Source of the DNA: Craspedostauros australis
Lineage: Eukaryota
Assembly (NCBI GenBank): GCA_030167865.1
Contig: JALAGF010002173.1
Location: 1 to 58,206 of the forward strand
Reading direction: 5' to 3'
DNA length: 58,206 nucleotides
The position numbers were made by a program, and so were the translations under genes. Shown piece by piece: positions 1-11,677 of the stretch. Position 1 is the first letter of the stretch. Each line of letters starts with the position of its first letter. The notes beneath the pieces were generated by a model. That model worked only from the letters and a program-made list of their open reading frames with translations, searched no databases and was not told the origin of the DNA.

Positions 1-982
1 TTATTCACGAGTGATTGAGGCTGCTCCAATAGAACTGCGCTGGGCCCAATAACTCTTCATTTTTTGGAGCGAAACTCATTAATGAGAAACGCGTTTTCAT
101 TTACCATTTTATTTTACATTTTCGGGACTGGCTTTTCATTAATGAGAATATGAAAACCATTTTTTATTGTCCTTTTCATTTTTCTTTCCGGAGAGGTGTT
201 GGGCGGGACTCGATAGCTTCAACAACAAATATCAATGTGCCTTGAATGTGTTTGATTAAATATCATTGGCATTTCGATGTTACCCACTACTTAACCTATC
301 ATTCCCAACGCACTTCTGCAGTGGTGGAACTTCAAAATGATCACGAGACGCTGAGACTGAAGAAGAAGCGCGATGAGGTCGCACTAGTCGAATGTATGCT
401 TGTTTGATGTATTTGCCGGGTGTCCCTGGTACTGGCAAAATCTGGCGGGAAATCCATCACACAATTCGCGCTGATGGAGCATATACGGTTAGACTTGCAG
501 ACGTTCGTGCCTGTGTTCTGTTTCTTACGAAATACAACTATTGTTGAGTGGGAAAGACTCTCCAAAGTCCGTCCTTCGTTGCAATTAGTGACAAACAGGA
601 TTGATTGTTCGTAGCTGATTCCTGGTGTAGAGAATCCAGACGTGTTTGATCAGATTGATCATATCCGTCCGTCCATCAGTCGTCAGTATCAACATCCAGA
701 CAGTCTGAATGCCAATCAAGTTTGTCGACAGGCCGTCGAATTGGCGCATCCTTCCACCATCAACTGACCACGAAGGAATGCCCATCACCCCGACGACCAC
801 AATTTGTCTGATCTCGTCTTTGCATTCTGTGGGCCTTCGACAACATCATCAATCGTCAATCACTAACTGCTCATCACTTGCCTGATTGATCATCGGCAGT
901 CACATAGTAAAAGAGGAGACGACGCATTCGGAATCTTGTCGACCTTGGAATTGAACATCGAAAGCGCGAGGCCTGATCCACC

Positions 983-3900
983 ATGATCCGATCAAACCCA
1001 GAGGACTGCGTGGTGCGCAGGCAAATCAGCCGCGTAGACTTTGGGTATGTTGCCATCGGCTTTGCACCACCCTTCCCTTGAGCATTCCAACTTCCGCCAT
1101 TCGCTGCTCCCTTCCTTGAACATCTCATTGCATCCTGGATCTGATCATGATGGCGCCATCACTGTCTCTGCCACGGCGGCCATTCCCAATGCAGGCACAG
1201 CATTGACTATCGCGATAACTTGCGTTGTGGGTGCTGTCGAAATTGGACGGCAGAACATGGCGAGGCACATCTTCCACTTGGTCCACCTTTTGCCCCGCAA
1301 ATGCCATTCCATCTAACGATGTGATCACTTGTCACTTATCACCTTTCCTTGCCACAAAATTAATCGTTCGCAATGCATTGCTCAGATTTTATGTGGACGA
1401 CGACGTCCGCAACCGCAGCGTCTGCGAGATCAAGTCCAACCAGGCCCTGGATGCGGTCGGCACGGCGCTCCCAGGCGGACTGTACGATCCGCGAATGGGA
1501 CCGGCTGGAAGCAAGGACCCACCGTGCCCAACTTGCGCGTGTCAGTTCCTCACCTGCCCGGGACATTTCGGACACATCGAGCTATGCGTGCCTGTGTACC
1601 AACCCCTTCTCTTCAGCAAGATCATGAACATGCTGCAACTCAAGTGCTTCAATTGCCACAGACTGCGAGCCTCGAGCCGAGCCATGGAGATTGTGAAACT
1701 CAAACTGAAGTTGCTGGAGGTTGGACAGTATTCCCGTGCGCTGGAGGTTGATGATATCTTGGCCTCGGTCACGAAGTCAAAGATGGGAACCGATAAGAAG
1801 GTATCCATCCGCGCAGCTGCTGCCGCCATCGACACAGCGCTGAAGGACATCATGGAGTCAATCGCTGGGCTGCCACCGATTGGCGATCCCCCTTCGACCT
1901 TTGAACAGGCTCTGCACCGTGACCTCGTCGCGGAGATATCTTCGGCCTGTAAGTCTGCAAAAAAGTGTCATAGTTGTGGTGCATTCTCGCCGAAGGTCCG
2001 TCACGATTCCAGCAACAAGATCTTCCAGTCACCGCTGGCGGAGGCCTCCAGAAGGTCGAACGAGGCCGAGGGGATCAAACTGGTGGCTGCCATGGGCGCC
2101 AATTCTAAGGAAGTGGCATCCGGCAGCTCTGACGAAGACTCTGCGTCTGACATGGATGTGGAGGACGGGGAAGATTCTCGGGTGAACTCAAAGCGTGACA
2201 AGTACCTCCACTCAGGTGAAGTTCAGGCCCAAATCAAGTTGACATGGAAGCGTAACCCGTACCTCTGCGAGCAACTTTTCGCCCTGCAGGGATACAAACC
2301 ATTCTTCATCCAGGCAGTGCCCGTGCCACCCAGCCGATTCCGTCCTCCGATGCACCTTGGTGGCATGGCGGTGGAGCACTCGCAGAATGCTTACCTTTCC
2401 CGCATCATCACGGCGAACGAACTCGTTCGAGCATCCTTCACCTCCGGAGCCGAAGCGCAGGCGTACAAACATTGGATCGACCTCCAAACTCAGGTCAATT
2501 GCTTTATTGACAGCTCCAAGGACCCGGGCAACAGCCCAAACACGCCATTGGGCATCCGTCAGCTCCTCGAACGAAAGGAGGGAATCTTCCGCAAGCACAT
2601 GATGGGAAAGCGCGTCGACTTCGCATGCCGTTCCGTCATTTCCCCAGATCCGTACGTCGGCACCAACGAAATCGGCCTGCCCAGGCACTTCGCAATCAAC
2701 CTTACTTACCCCACGCCTGTGACCGACATCAACATCGATGAGATGCGAAACCTGGTGGAGCGAGGTCCTGACAACTACCCTGGAGCACGTTGGATCCAGT
2801 TCCCCGATCGCAAGGTGGACCTTGGAAAGATGAATGAGCACAAGAGACAGGCAGTGGCAGCACGATTGCTTGTGAACTTGAAGAAGGGAGGAAAGCCTGC
2901 CATTGTCGGAAGACAGCTGAGGGATGGTGACATGGTGCTGATGAATCGTCAGGTGAGTGCAGCACAATGCTTTCGTGACAACGAAACGCGCGGGCTCATT
3001 TATGCTCTGACTGGCCAGCCACTCCAATGATGACAAAAAGTCATGCACCACTCTGACTTTGGGAGATGAGAAATGACACCTCCAGATTTGTTGCAGCAGA
3101 AATGTTGCACCCTATGCTGGACTGATGGAAGTGAAACTGATCTTTGTCTGAACACTGGTGGAAACATGATGGAACGGACGAACCTCACATACCCTCCGAC
3201 TCCTGCAATCTCTAAACTTCCTCATCATGGAATCTTCTCATTTGACTTCACTTCATGTGATTCAAAATCGTGATCGTTCTTGCTTTGCCCTGGCTCCCTT
3301 CGCTGTCACGTGTTGCATCTATCTATCTCCTCTCGTACCTAGCCAACATTGCACAAGCCTGGAATCATGGCACACGAAGTTCGCGTGCTTCACAACCCGA
3401 CGCAGAAGACAATTCGAATGCACTACGCAAGTAAGTACGAGCAATGGGTGTCGTCTACAATCGCGTTCTGAGGCCAAATTGAGGGATTCATTTCCGTGAC
3501 CCCGCCTTCCTCTTGCATCCGTCACACAATTTTGCACTGGTCACAGCAGAGCCGCGAATTCTCATCAAGCCCCTTTGTTTGTGCATGGCCTTGCATTGAA
3601 CTGCATTGTGTTACATATTCTACATAATTTGCACACTATCCTATTTTGTTGGAAGACTGCAACACCTACAATGCCGATTTCGATGGAGACGAGATGAACT
3701 GCCATTTCCCACAGAGTGATCTCGGACGCGCCGAAGCCGAATTCATCGCCAAGACCGACCTCCAGTACATCGCGCCGACCGACGGTTCACCACTCCGTGG
3801 TTTGATCCAGGATCACGTCGTGGCTGGCGTCAAATTGACCAAACGGGACACCTTCATCGAGAAGTGGGAGTACCAGCAACTGCTGTTTGCCGCGCTCGCA

Positions 3901-6900
3901 AGTTTGCCGCGTCTCGAACTCATTCGTTCGAGCGACGAAATCGAGCTCATGCCACCCACCATCCGGAAACCGAAGGAGCTCTGGACCGGAAAGCAGGTGA
4001 TCACAACTCTTCTGAGGCACTTGGCGAAGGGAAATGACCGCGACTCCGCCAAGGGCATGAACCTGCCAGGCGTGTCCACCGAAAGGAAGACGAAGACCCC
4101 CGGCGCTGCATTCGGAGATGCCAACAAGGAAAACCAGGTGCTGATTCGCGACGGCGAACTGCTTCGTGGCGTGCTGGACAAGGCAGCCTTCGGATCTACG
4201 GACTTCTCTCTCGTCCACTCCGTTTACGAGGCCTACGGTCCAGAGAAGGCAGGGCTGCTTCTGAATTCCTTCGGCAGACTCTTCACAGCATATCTGCAGT
4301 ATTATTCAGGCCATTCGTGCAGAATGGAAGATCTGGTCCTCACACGAGAGGCAGACGCTGCAAGGCGCGAGCTGGTGCAGGTACGTGTTCCTCTTCCGTT
4401 TCCAGTTTCTCCTCCTCGTTGTACCCATGATGCTCTGTATCTGGTGTCTTGGATGCATGCGATATTTGCTCGAGCGCACTACTGGTCGGAGGGCTCGTAG
4501 CAAAGTGCAATGGACTGCGCGCTTCGTTTGACGAGAAAACACTTCGAATCTGCTGCGCTCTTGCATACTCTACCGAAGTTCGAGACGAGTGATTCAAAAG
4601 CCGTATCATCCTCCTTCCTCACACTTACGCACCTATTGCTTGCTCTACGTGCATCGCATGTCAAATCAATACCACATCATGGGATTGCATCCTCCATCTA
4701 TCTCTATGCACATCGGCAATGCAGGAGGCATTTGTGATGGGGTCCCGGTCAGCGAAGGCGTGGGCCGATTCCGAAGGTGGAAAGGTATCCATCGTCGTGG
4801 AGGAGTCGAACAAGAGCAATGACCTGAAACCGGTCGAGGCAGCCGCAGCAGCATCGAAGATCAGAACGCTTCTCTCTGGCAATGAAGGCAAGGAGAATGC
4901 AGCATCGCTCGATGGATTTATGATGTCCAAGCTGAACCCGCTGGCCTCCAAGATCGTCAAGTGCTGCCTCCCTGGCGGCCTGGCCGTTCCATTCCCGACC
5001 AACGTGAGTACTCTTTCTATTCTATCGTATGGTGCTCAATATCGATGATTTCAAGTGCTGTGGAGACCGCTGTGATAGCCTGATCCAACCACATACGTCG
5101 AGCGAGGAATGCGTTCATGCCATCTCACAATTGACCCCATTGTCTTCTTCATGATTCTACACCCACACCTACATTCTTCCGTCACCATTCGCAGACATTT
5201 GGTATCATGGTGACCACCGGCGCGAAAGGATCCATTGTCAATCAATCCCAAGTATCATGCGCGCTCGGTCAGCAGGCGCTTGAGGGACGCAGAGTGCCTC
5301 GAATGAGCAGCGGGCGCACACTGCCGTCATTCGCGCCGTACGATGTGAATCCTCGAGCAGATGGATTCGTGATGGATCGATTCCTCACAGGCATCCGTCC
5401 ACAGGAGTACTACTTCCACTGCATGGCGGGCAGAGAGGGTCTCGTCGACACTGCCGTGAAGACGTCGCGATCTGGATACCTGCAGCGTTGCCTCGTGAAG
5501 CACTTGGAGGAACTCAAGGTTGGCTACGATTTCACCGTTCGAGATGGGGAAGGCGGAGTCGTCCAGTTCCTTTACGGAGAAGATGGAATCGATCCCACGC
5601 AAGCCTCCTACCTTGACTGCACCAAGAAATCGTTCGAATTTATGGCGCGCAACTACGAAGCACTGGGTCGCCGCCAGAAAGCTCTTCCAGGGGCCTCCAT
5701 CCGTGTTGCCGCCGAGGATGCGGAGCGCCGCAAGGAGCTCGCAGCCGAAGATGGTGCCAAGGCGAAGGTGGGTGACTTCGTGCAGGCCAGACGCCTTCGT
5801 TTTGGCGACGAATGGTGTCGTGGTGCCCTTTGCCTTGGCTGGCATGATGCAATCATCGTCGATCTTTACGAGACGAAGAAGGGACGAGCTATCGCTGATT
5901 TGAAGTACCTGAAGGACGATGCGGTCGTCAAGCGCGTTCCGTTCGAAGCCGACTTTGGCGTGCGGGGCAAGGTTGTTCACAGCGTTGCCAAGATCATCAA
6001 GGCTGCTGTGCCGGACCCAGTCATCTCCACGCCGCAACGCGGGGGCATGCTCGGACGAACTGGCATCTCTATCTCTGAAAAAGTTGCAGAATCGGCGGTT
6101 GGGCACATCCAGAAAAGTCCAGCCATGCGCCAAATCTTGGATTCCAAGTCGATCTCTGACGAATCCTTTGGGTCTCTGATTGCTGCAAAGTACAGCTCTT
6201 CGATCTGCGCTCCTGGAGAAGCAGTCGGTAGTATTGCAGCCCAGTCCATCGGAGAGCCGTCCACGCAGATGACCCTCAATACTTTCCATCTTGGTAAGTG
6301 CCCGCAATCATTCATTCTAGGTTGCTCTGGAAGTGTCTTGTGAATGAATTCTGCCCATTGCTCTGCTTTGCTGGTCTTGTCTGAGTGATGCGATTTGATG
6401 TGGTGCGGAGTTATGGTGGAACCTGGGGGATGGATTTCCCGCCATGTGAGCATCATGAATCTGAATTGTTAAACGGCGTGCCATCATTGCATCGACCACT
6501 GGCTTTTGCGGGCTGGATATGGCCTGCACGAGGAGCATAGCGCCGCTGCCCAGCCAATGAACGAACCACCGAACCAACTGCAAAAGAATCCATCTTTCCT
6601 GACCTCACACCCTTTGCGCCTTTCTTCATCGTTTCGTGATCTCAACGTCATCTTCTCATCCCCATCTTCCAATCCTACGCTTGCAGCTGGAGCTGGTGCG
6701 AATGTGACCCTTGGAATTCCTCGACTGAGAGAGATCATCATGACAGCATCGAGGGCAATCAAGACGCCGACGATGTCTGTGCCTTTGGACGACTCTGTTA
6801 CAGACAAGGATGCCACCCGTCTCACCCGTTCGTTTGCCAGACTGACGCTGAACGAGCTGATCAGAGGTGAAAAAGGAGTCGTCGTCAGAGAATCATTGGA

Positions 6901-8062
6901 GAGCAACGGAGGCGGTGAATGGGAGCGATCCTACAAGATCTGCATCTCGTTCCATCCCGCTGAACGCATCCTCGAAGCCTTCGGATTGACCTTGCACGAT
7001 ATCGCCGCAGTTGTGAATCACCAATTCATCAAGGTTCTGAATCACTTGATCAAGACAGAGGTTCGCAGATCATCCACGGGAGATGAGAAGAACCACTCCG
7101 TCGCGGGCGCCGACGAAGCTACGATCATCGGCGACGAAGAGACCAACGACCGTGCCAAGGCGAAGGGCAAGACCAAGTCGGGCGGACGTGGAAACGACGA
7201 CAATTCAGGCGGTGAGTTGTCGGAAGACGAAAGCGTCGATTCCATTTTGAATCAAGAAGATGGCGCTTCCAAGACACAGAAGGATGCCTACGACAGCGAC
7301 GACGACGATGATGATGATGATGATGGAGCAAGGCAAGGCAAATCTGGGAAGGTTGCTACCGGCAAGAACACATCCGGCGGCTCAAAAGATAGCGACATTG
7401 ATGAAGACGACGATGACGATGAAAATGCCGTCCATAACCCTATCGGTGACTCCAAGCATTCGTTGGTCATTGATACGAAGGCGAATTCCATCCAGCTGAA
7501 GCCGATCCGCATCGACCCATCGGCGCGACCACTGCTCATGGTGGGCCTTGTGGAGCAGGCTGCGAGGAAGGCCATTGTCCACAGCAGACCTCGCATCGAT
7601 CAGGCATACATCAATGATGAAGAGGGTCGTGGACGTTGCTTGCAAACGGCAGGAGTGAACTTCGAGGAACTCTGGAAGCTGTCAAACGTCGCGCACAACA
7701 AGCTCATGTCCAACGATGTTTGGGCCGTGCGTACGGCGTATGGTGTGGAGGCCGCCAGGAACAATATCGTCGATCAAGTTCGTAGCGTGTTTGGTGCCTA
7801 CGGTATCGAAGTCGATCCGCGTCACTTGACGCTCATTGCCGATTACATGACATACAGCGGCGGTTACACCGCGATGAACCGTATCGGAATGAAGGACACG
7901 AGCTCTCCATTCTTGCAGATGAGTTTCGAGACCACGGCAACCTTCCTCACACAGGCTGCCCTAAGTGGAACGTGCGATCAGCTCAAGAGTCCAAGTGCCA
8001 ACATCGTCGTTGGACGTCCAATCCGCCATGGAACGGGAGCATTTTCGTTGCTGGTTCAGTAG
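983..8062 (+). CDS. RPA1: DNA-directed RNA polymerase I largest subunit (A190/POLR1A), 7 exons, 1731 aa
   Basis: Exons 983-1044, 1386-2952, 3343-3430, 3656-4380, 4725-5003, 5195-6293, 6687-8062 (5196 nt, in frame, all GT..AG). Motifs: GGLYDPRMG, zinc site CPTC..CPGHFGHIEL, GIFRKHMMGKRVD, NRQ|PTLH, catalytic NADFDGDEMN, bridge helix MAGREGLVDTAVKTSRSGYLQRCLVK, trigger loop SIGEPSTQMTLNTFH..NVTLGIPRLREI, and MSFET. An acidic expander-like insert (about 7080-7440) and the absence of CTD heptads indicate Pol I. Confidence 0.96.
3020..3133 (+). ncRNA. Intronic box C/D snoRNA (snR40/SNORD32-like guide for 18S rRNA) in RPA1 intron 2
   Basis: Box C ATGATGA 3027-3033, D' CTGA 3053-3056, C'-like ATGAGAA 3066-3072, box D CTGA 3122-3125, terminal stem CACTCCA/TGGAAGTG. 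The guide GTCATGCACCAC (3040-3051) is complementary (one G:U) to conserved 18S GUGGUGCAUGGC. Confidence 0.75.
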
Positions 8063-8940
8063 GGGACGGATAGGTGATGAAAATGATAATGATAGCGCAG
8101 AGTGAACGAAGTCGGTTCTTCCAGGGGAGGTATTCGTACCATACGAGCATGGTATGGCACAAGCAGCAATTAACACGTGGGCCATGGCAACACGACATCG
8201 AAAGAACAGCGGCATGATACTCTCTCTCTAGAGTACGAGTACACTGTTGCGCTGTGCACGCTACGAGTACGAGCACGGCGTGTTTGATTCTGAAATTGTC
8301 GAGGTAAGCGAATGCACGTGCTAGTTCTCTGGAGAGGAAAGAAGAGCGCAGCAGAACAGGCGGACCAGAAACAACGACGCGAGGGTTGTATGAAACCGCG
8401 CAACCATACTCTCCTCCGCTCTGCGGGGTTTGGATAAATCAGGCTACTCTACTCTGAAGAGTACTAGTATTATATTGTATGTATTGGTGATCATGTGAAA
8501 TGTGCAGTCGTGGCATCATGGCGCCGAGGGCGTCGTCCGAGCACATTGCGTGATGGGGATCTCTTTTCGAATACGAGCATGTTTGCCGACAGGTGCAGTT
8601 CTGAGTGGACGAACGATCGATCGAGAGAGAGTTGATCTGAGGACAAGCGTGTTATCCACGAACGGATAGCAAGAGCCCTCCGTATAACAACATGCTTCCC
8701 CGACAACAACTTGTTCGCATGAGTGCTGGCGAAGATGCGCTAATCCCTGCGCCGACCATGATGGAGTCTCATCAAGCTGCTGATACGATATGTCCGGTGG
8801 CGCAGGCCAGGCCATGCGTGACGAAAACCAGGGCCGGACATTCCGTGCTGCAGCAGACGATGCCGACGAGCATTCTGTTGTTGTGTAGAGCCGCTGCTGA
8901 GGCCTTCATCTTGTTGGAGTCCTCCCTTCCGTGTGCATCT

Positions 8941-10315
8941 TTATCCCACCATCTCGATGATCTGATTGTGTTTGAGGAGAGTCGCAGGCTTGGACGTTGA
9001 CATGTTGGCAACTGTGCCGCCATTGGGATACGATCGTGAACCGGCCGTTGGGTAGAACTCGAGGAGGAGATTCGCAATCCTGTTGTTAGCGGATGAGAGT
9101 GGATCGAGGATGGGAAGGATTCGCACATCCACGTCACTGTCGGTACGAAGTAGGCTCTTCCACATGTCGCTGTTGCGGAACGGGCCACCTTTGAGTCCAT
9201 GCCGTGCGCGATCCATGGCATCTTGGAGCATGCTGGCAACTGGCTGCCGCAACATGCTCAGTCCCAGCATGTTGGAGTCGTTGGGACCATGCGCCTTCAA
9301 GAACGCCTTGTTCATGTAGATGATCAAGAATGGAGCGTTGGCCGTCACGATCAGTCTGAAATGGCAGAGGCGCGGAACAATGGAACAGAGGATGGTGTAG
9401 AGTGTGACAGTGTGACAGTGGGAAGTAACAAAGGATGAAACGAAACGGCATACGCATGGGTGTGAGAGCGTCGTCAGAACAATCTCGTGACCGCGCAACA
9501 ATCCGGCATCTGTCAACAGAGTTGCAGTCAAACTATGTTCTTCACGACGTGCCGACTCACTTTGGAAAGTTGGAGAGTGACATCGCATTCGACATTGGGA
9601 TGCTCTCGCCAGCGCAAGCATCGCGCAAGATTCCCGCAAGCACAGTCTCCACGCTGAAGTTCTCGATGTGATGGTGATGAAGCAAAGATTTTGGAACTTG
9701 ATTCAAGACCGGGAGGGTGCGTGTGGTGGATGTGGGGACGCCGCTGGGGTTGCCGGAGTTGGCGGAGACCTGGATGCGACCAGTCTTTGTCTTTTTGCTC
9801 ATCTTTGCGTTGTTGCGGCCTCTGTTGTCACGGCTGTTGGAAAGGAGATGCAACACTGAGCTGTTGTCAATCTTGAATCGTTTGCGGTCTGCCTCTCCCG
9901 CAAACGGGAAAGAACCGGCGCCAAGAATCCCGGCTCTGGTTGCATGATTGGCACGAGCTGCGGGCATGCTGTTCTTCCTCTTCTGCTGTCCAGCTTGCTT
10001 GGGTTCCTTCTGACGGTTGAGCACCTCGATCACTTCCCTGGCCTCCTTCCAGATGGGCGATTCGATCTCCTTGTGGTCTCCCTTGGATGCCATCTTCAGC
10101 GCGGTGGATGCCTTGAAGGCTTCCTCATTGATCTTAAATTTCGCGATTCGACCAAAGATGCTCTGTTTTTGTCGAAGGAAGGCGATATCCTGCCGGATAC
10201 CGTCGCTGCAGGCGTGAATGCGTGCCCCCTCCCGCATCTCCGACAAAGATGGGTCCAGGAGAAAGCTGTGGCATCCAGAGGAATCGACGACGCTTCCTGA
10301 AGCTAGTTCCACCAT
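8941..10315 (-). CDS. Uncharacterised protein with C-terminal PAS-like domain (PAS-A), 2 exons, 389 aa
   Basis: Exons 10315-9561 and 9355-8941 (GTGAGT donor, TTCAG acceptor; 1170 nt in frame). The joined sequence ...MSLSNFPK|LIVTANAPFLIIYMNKAFLKAHG...MLG...VDVRILPI...IANLLLEF resembles a PAS fold (I-x-x-x-N-x-A-F motif). Basic NLS-like segments QQKRKN and DRKRFK are present. The start codon is uncertain. Confidence 0.65.
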
Positions 10316-10435
10316 AGTCGTCTTGCCGCCTCCCCCACCTTGCTGGGTTTGCTTACTGCGGTTGGTTTGATTCTGCTTGGCTTCAGCCGCTGGTGCTGCT
10401 GCGTTTCTTGGTTTTGCTTGCGAGAGCTATTGTTG

Positions 10436-10455
10436 TCTCTCTCTCTCTCTCTCTC
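10436..10455. repeat. (CT)n microsatellite
   Basis: tctctctctctctctctctc in the 5' flank of the PAS-A gene. Confidence 0.85.
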
Positions 10456-11677
10456 CTCTCGTATTGAGAGCGTGTGGTATTGGTATTGTTGTTAGTGCTG
10501 TTGTCGTTGCTCCAATTTCGAAGGAGTTTGAATGATTATGATTCAAGAGAGGACTCTTCTCTATTATATGATGCGTTTTGCAGTCTTTGCGAGGTGTCGC
10601 CTCTTGTCATGTCTTGGTTTTCTGCGTGGCCCTCCGTCATCGCTGTCATCGTCTCCGTCTGCTGGTCATGTCAGTCGTTGCTGTCTTTGCTGTCTCCGCT
10701 TCTCTGTTTTGTTCCTCGTTCTGATTCTTGTTCTTTGATGCTTCACGAGGCCTTTTTCCACGTGTGTTGTGGTCACAAGAAGACAGACACAGTCCCACAT
10801 CTTGGAGATTGTCATCGACTGTGGTTCTCATTTTGTCATGCTTGGCGATAATTGGAATTTGTGGTACGCTGTTTTGCATCACAAAGATCAGTCGGATTCG
10901 CATCTCCCAAGGCCGACAACCCAAAAAGTGGACCGGACGGCATCTGACGTGTTCATTTTGTGTCTGGAATGATTGATCGTCATAAATAAGCCTTTATGTA
11001 GCCATCAAACGTCATATTCATGAACCAATCAAAACATCGAAAAAGGACAACGCACGGAAATCATAGCCACATCAGATGGAAAGGGTAATTTTCGGTATTC
11101 GACTTAACGAGAATCGACCTCGTCATGTTCCACAGACGCAAAGACGACCAACGGCATCCACAACGAACAAAAGCCGAAGAGGGCACGATCTGCATGTCTT
11201 GCCTCAAATTGTTGTCACAGAGTCGCCGAATGTCGTAACTTCTTCCAGCCATCAACATCCATGCAATCTCCGGCGTTGTGGGACTGTTGATGCACGGTGC
11301 TCGTGTGGAATGACATGGCGCAGGTCCAGGAGGCCATCGTTGCGTAAAATCGGAGTGTTCCGTGCAGAAAACCGACTGGGGAACTCATCAACAATCGAGC
11401 ACAAAGGTCAGAAGAGACACGAGACGGGAGACGGGAGACGGGGAGGCAAGAAACAGACAACGACACTCGCAGAGGTGTACAAAAACAAACAACAAAGAAA
11501 CGAGAACAATAAGAAGACGAAGCAGCAAGAGAGAAGCGGAGAGACAGAGAGACTGATAGTGCGATAGACACAAAGGAGAGATATCGGAGCAAGAGGCCAA
11601 GCCAAGCTTAGTTCGCACCATCAGCCGCATCAGCTGCGGCATCCATCCACCATCATCATCGTCATCAAAAACGAGCA

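Noticed and set aside
1225-1385. N-terminal part of the 601-aa ORF as the RPA1 start
   Set aside because: It is intron 1 read-through. Exon 983-1044 splices in frame to 1386 and gives the expected ISRVDFGFY start.
7080-7440. Asp-rich insert in RPA1 as a novelty
   Set aside because: It matches the known Pol I-specific acidic expander/DNA-mimicking loop region.
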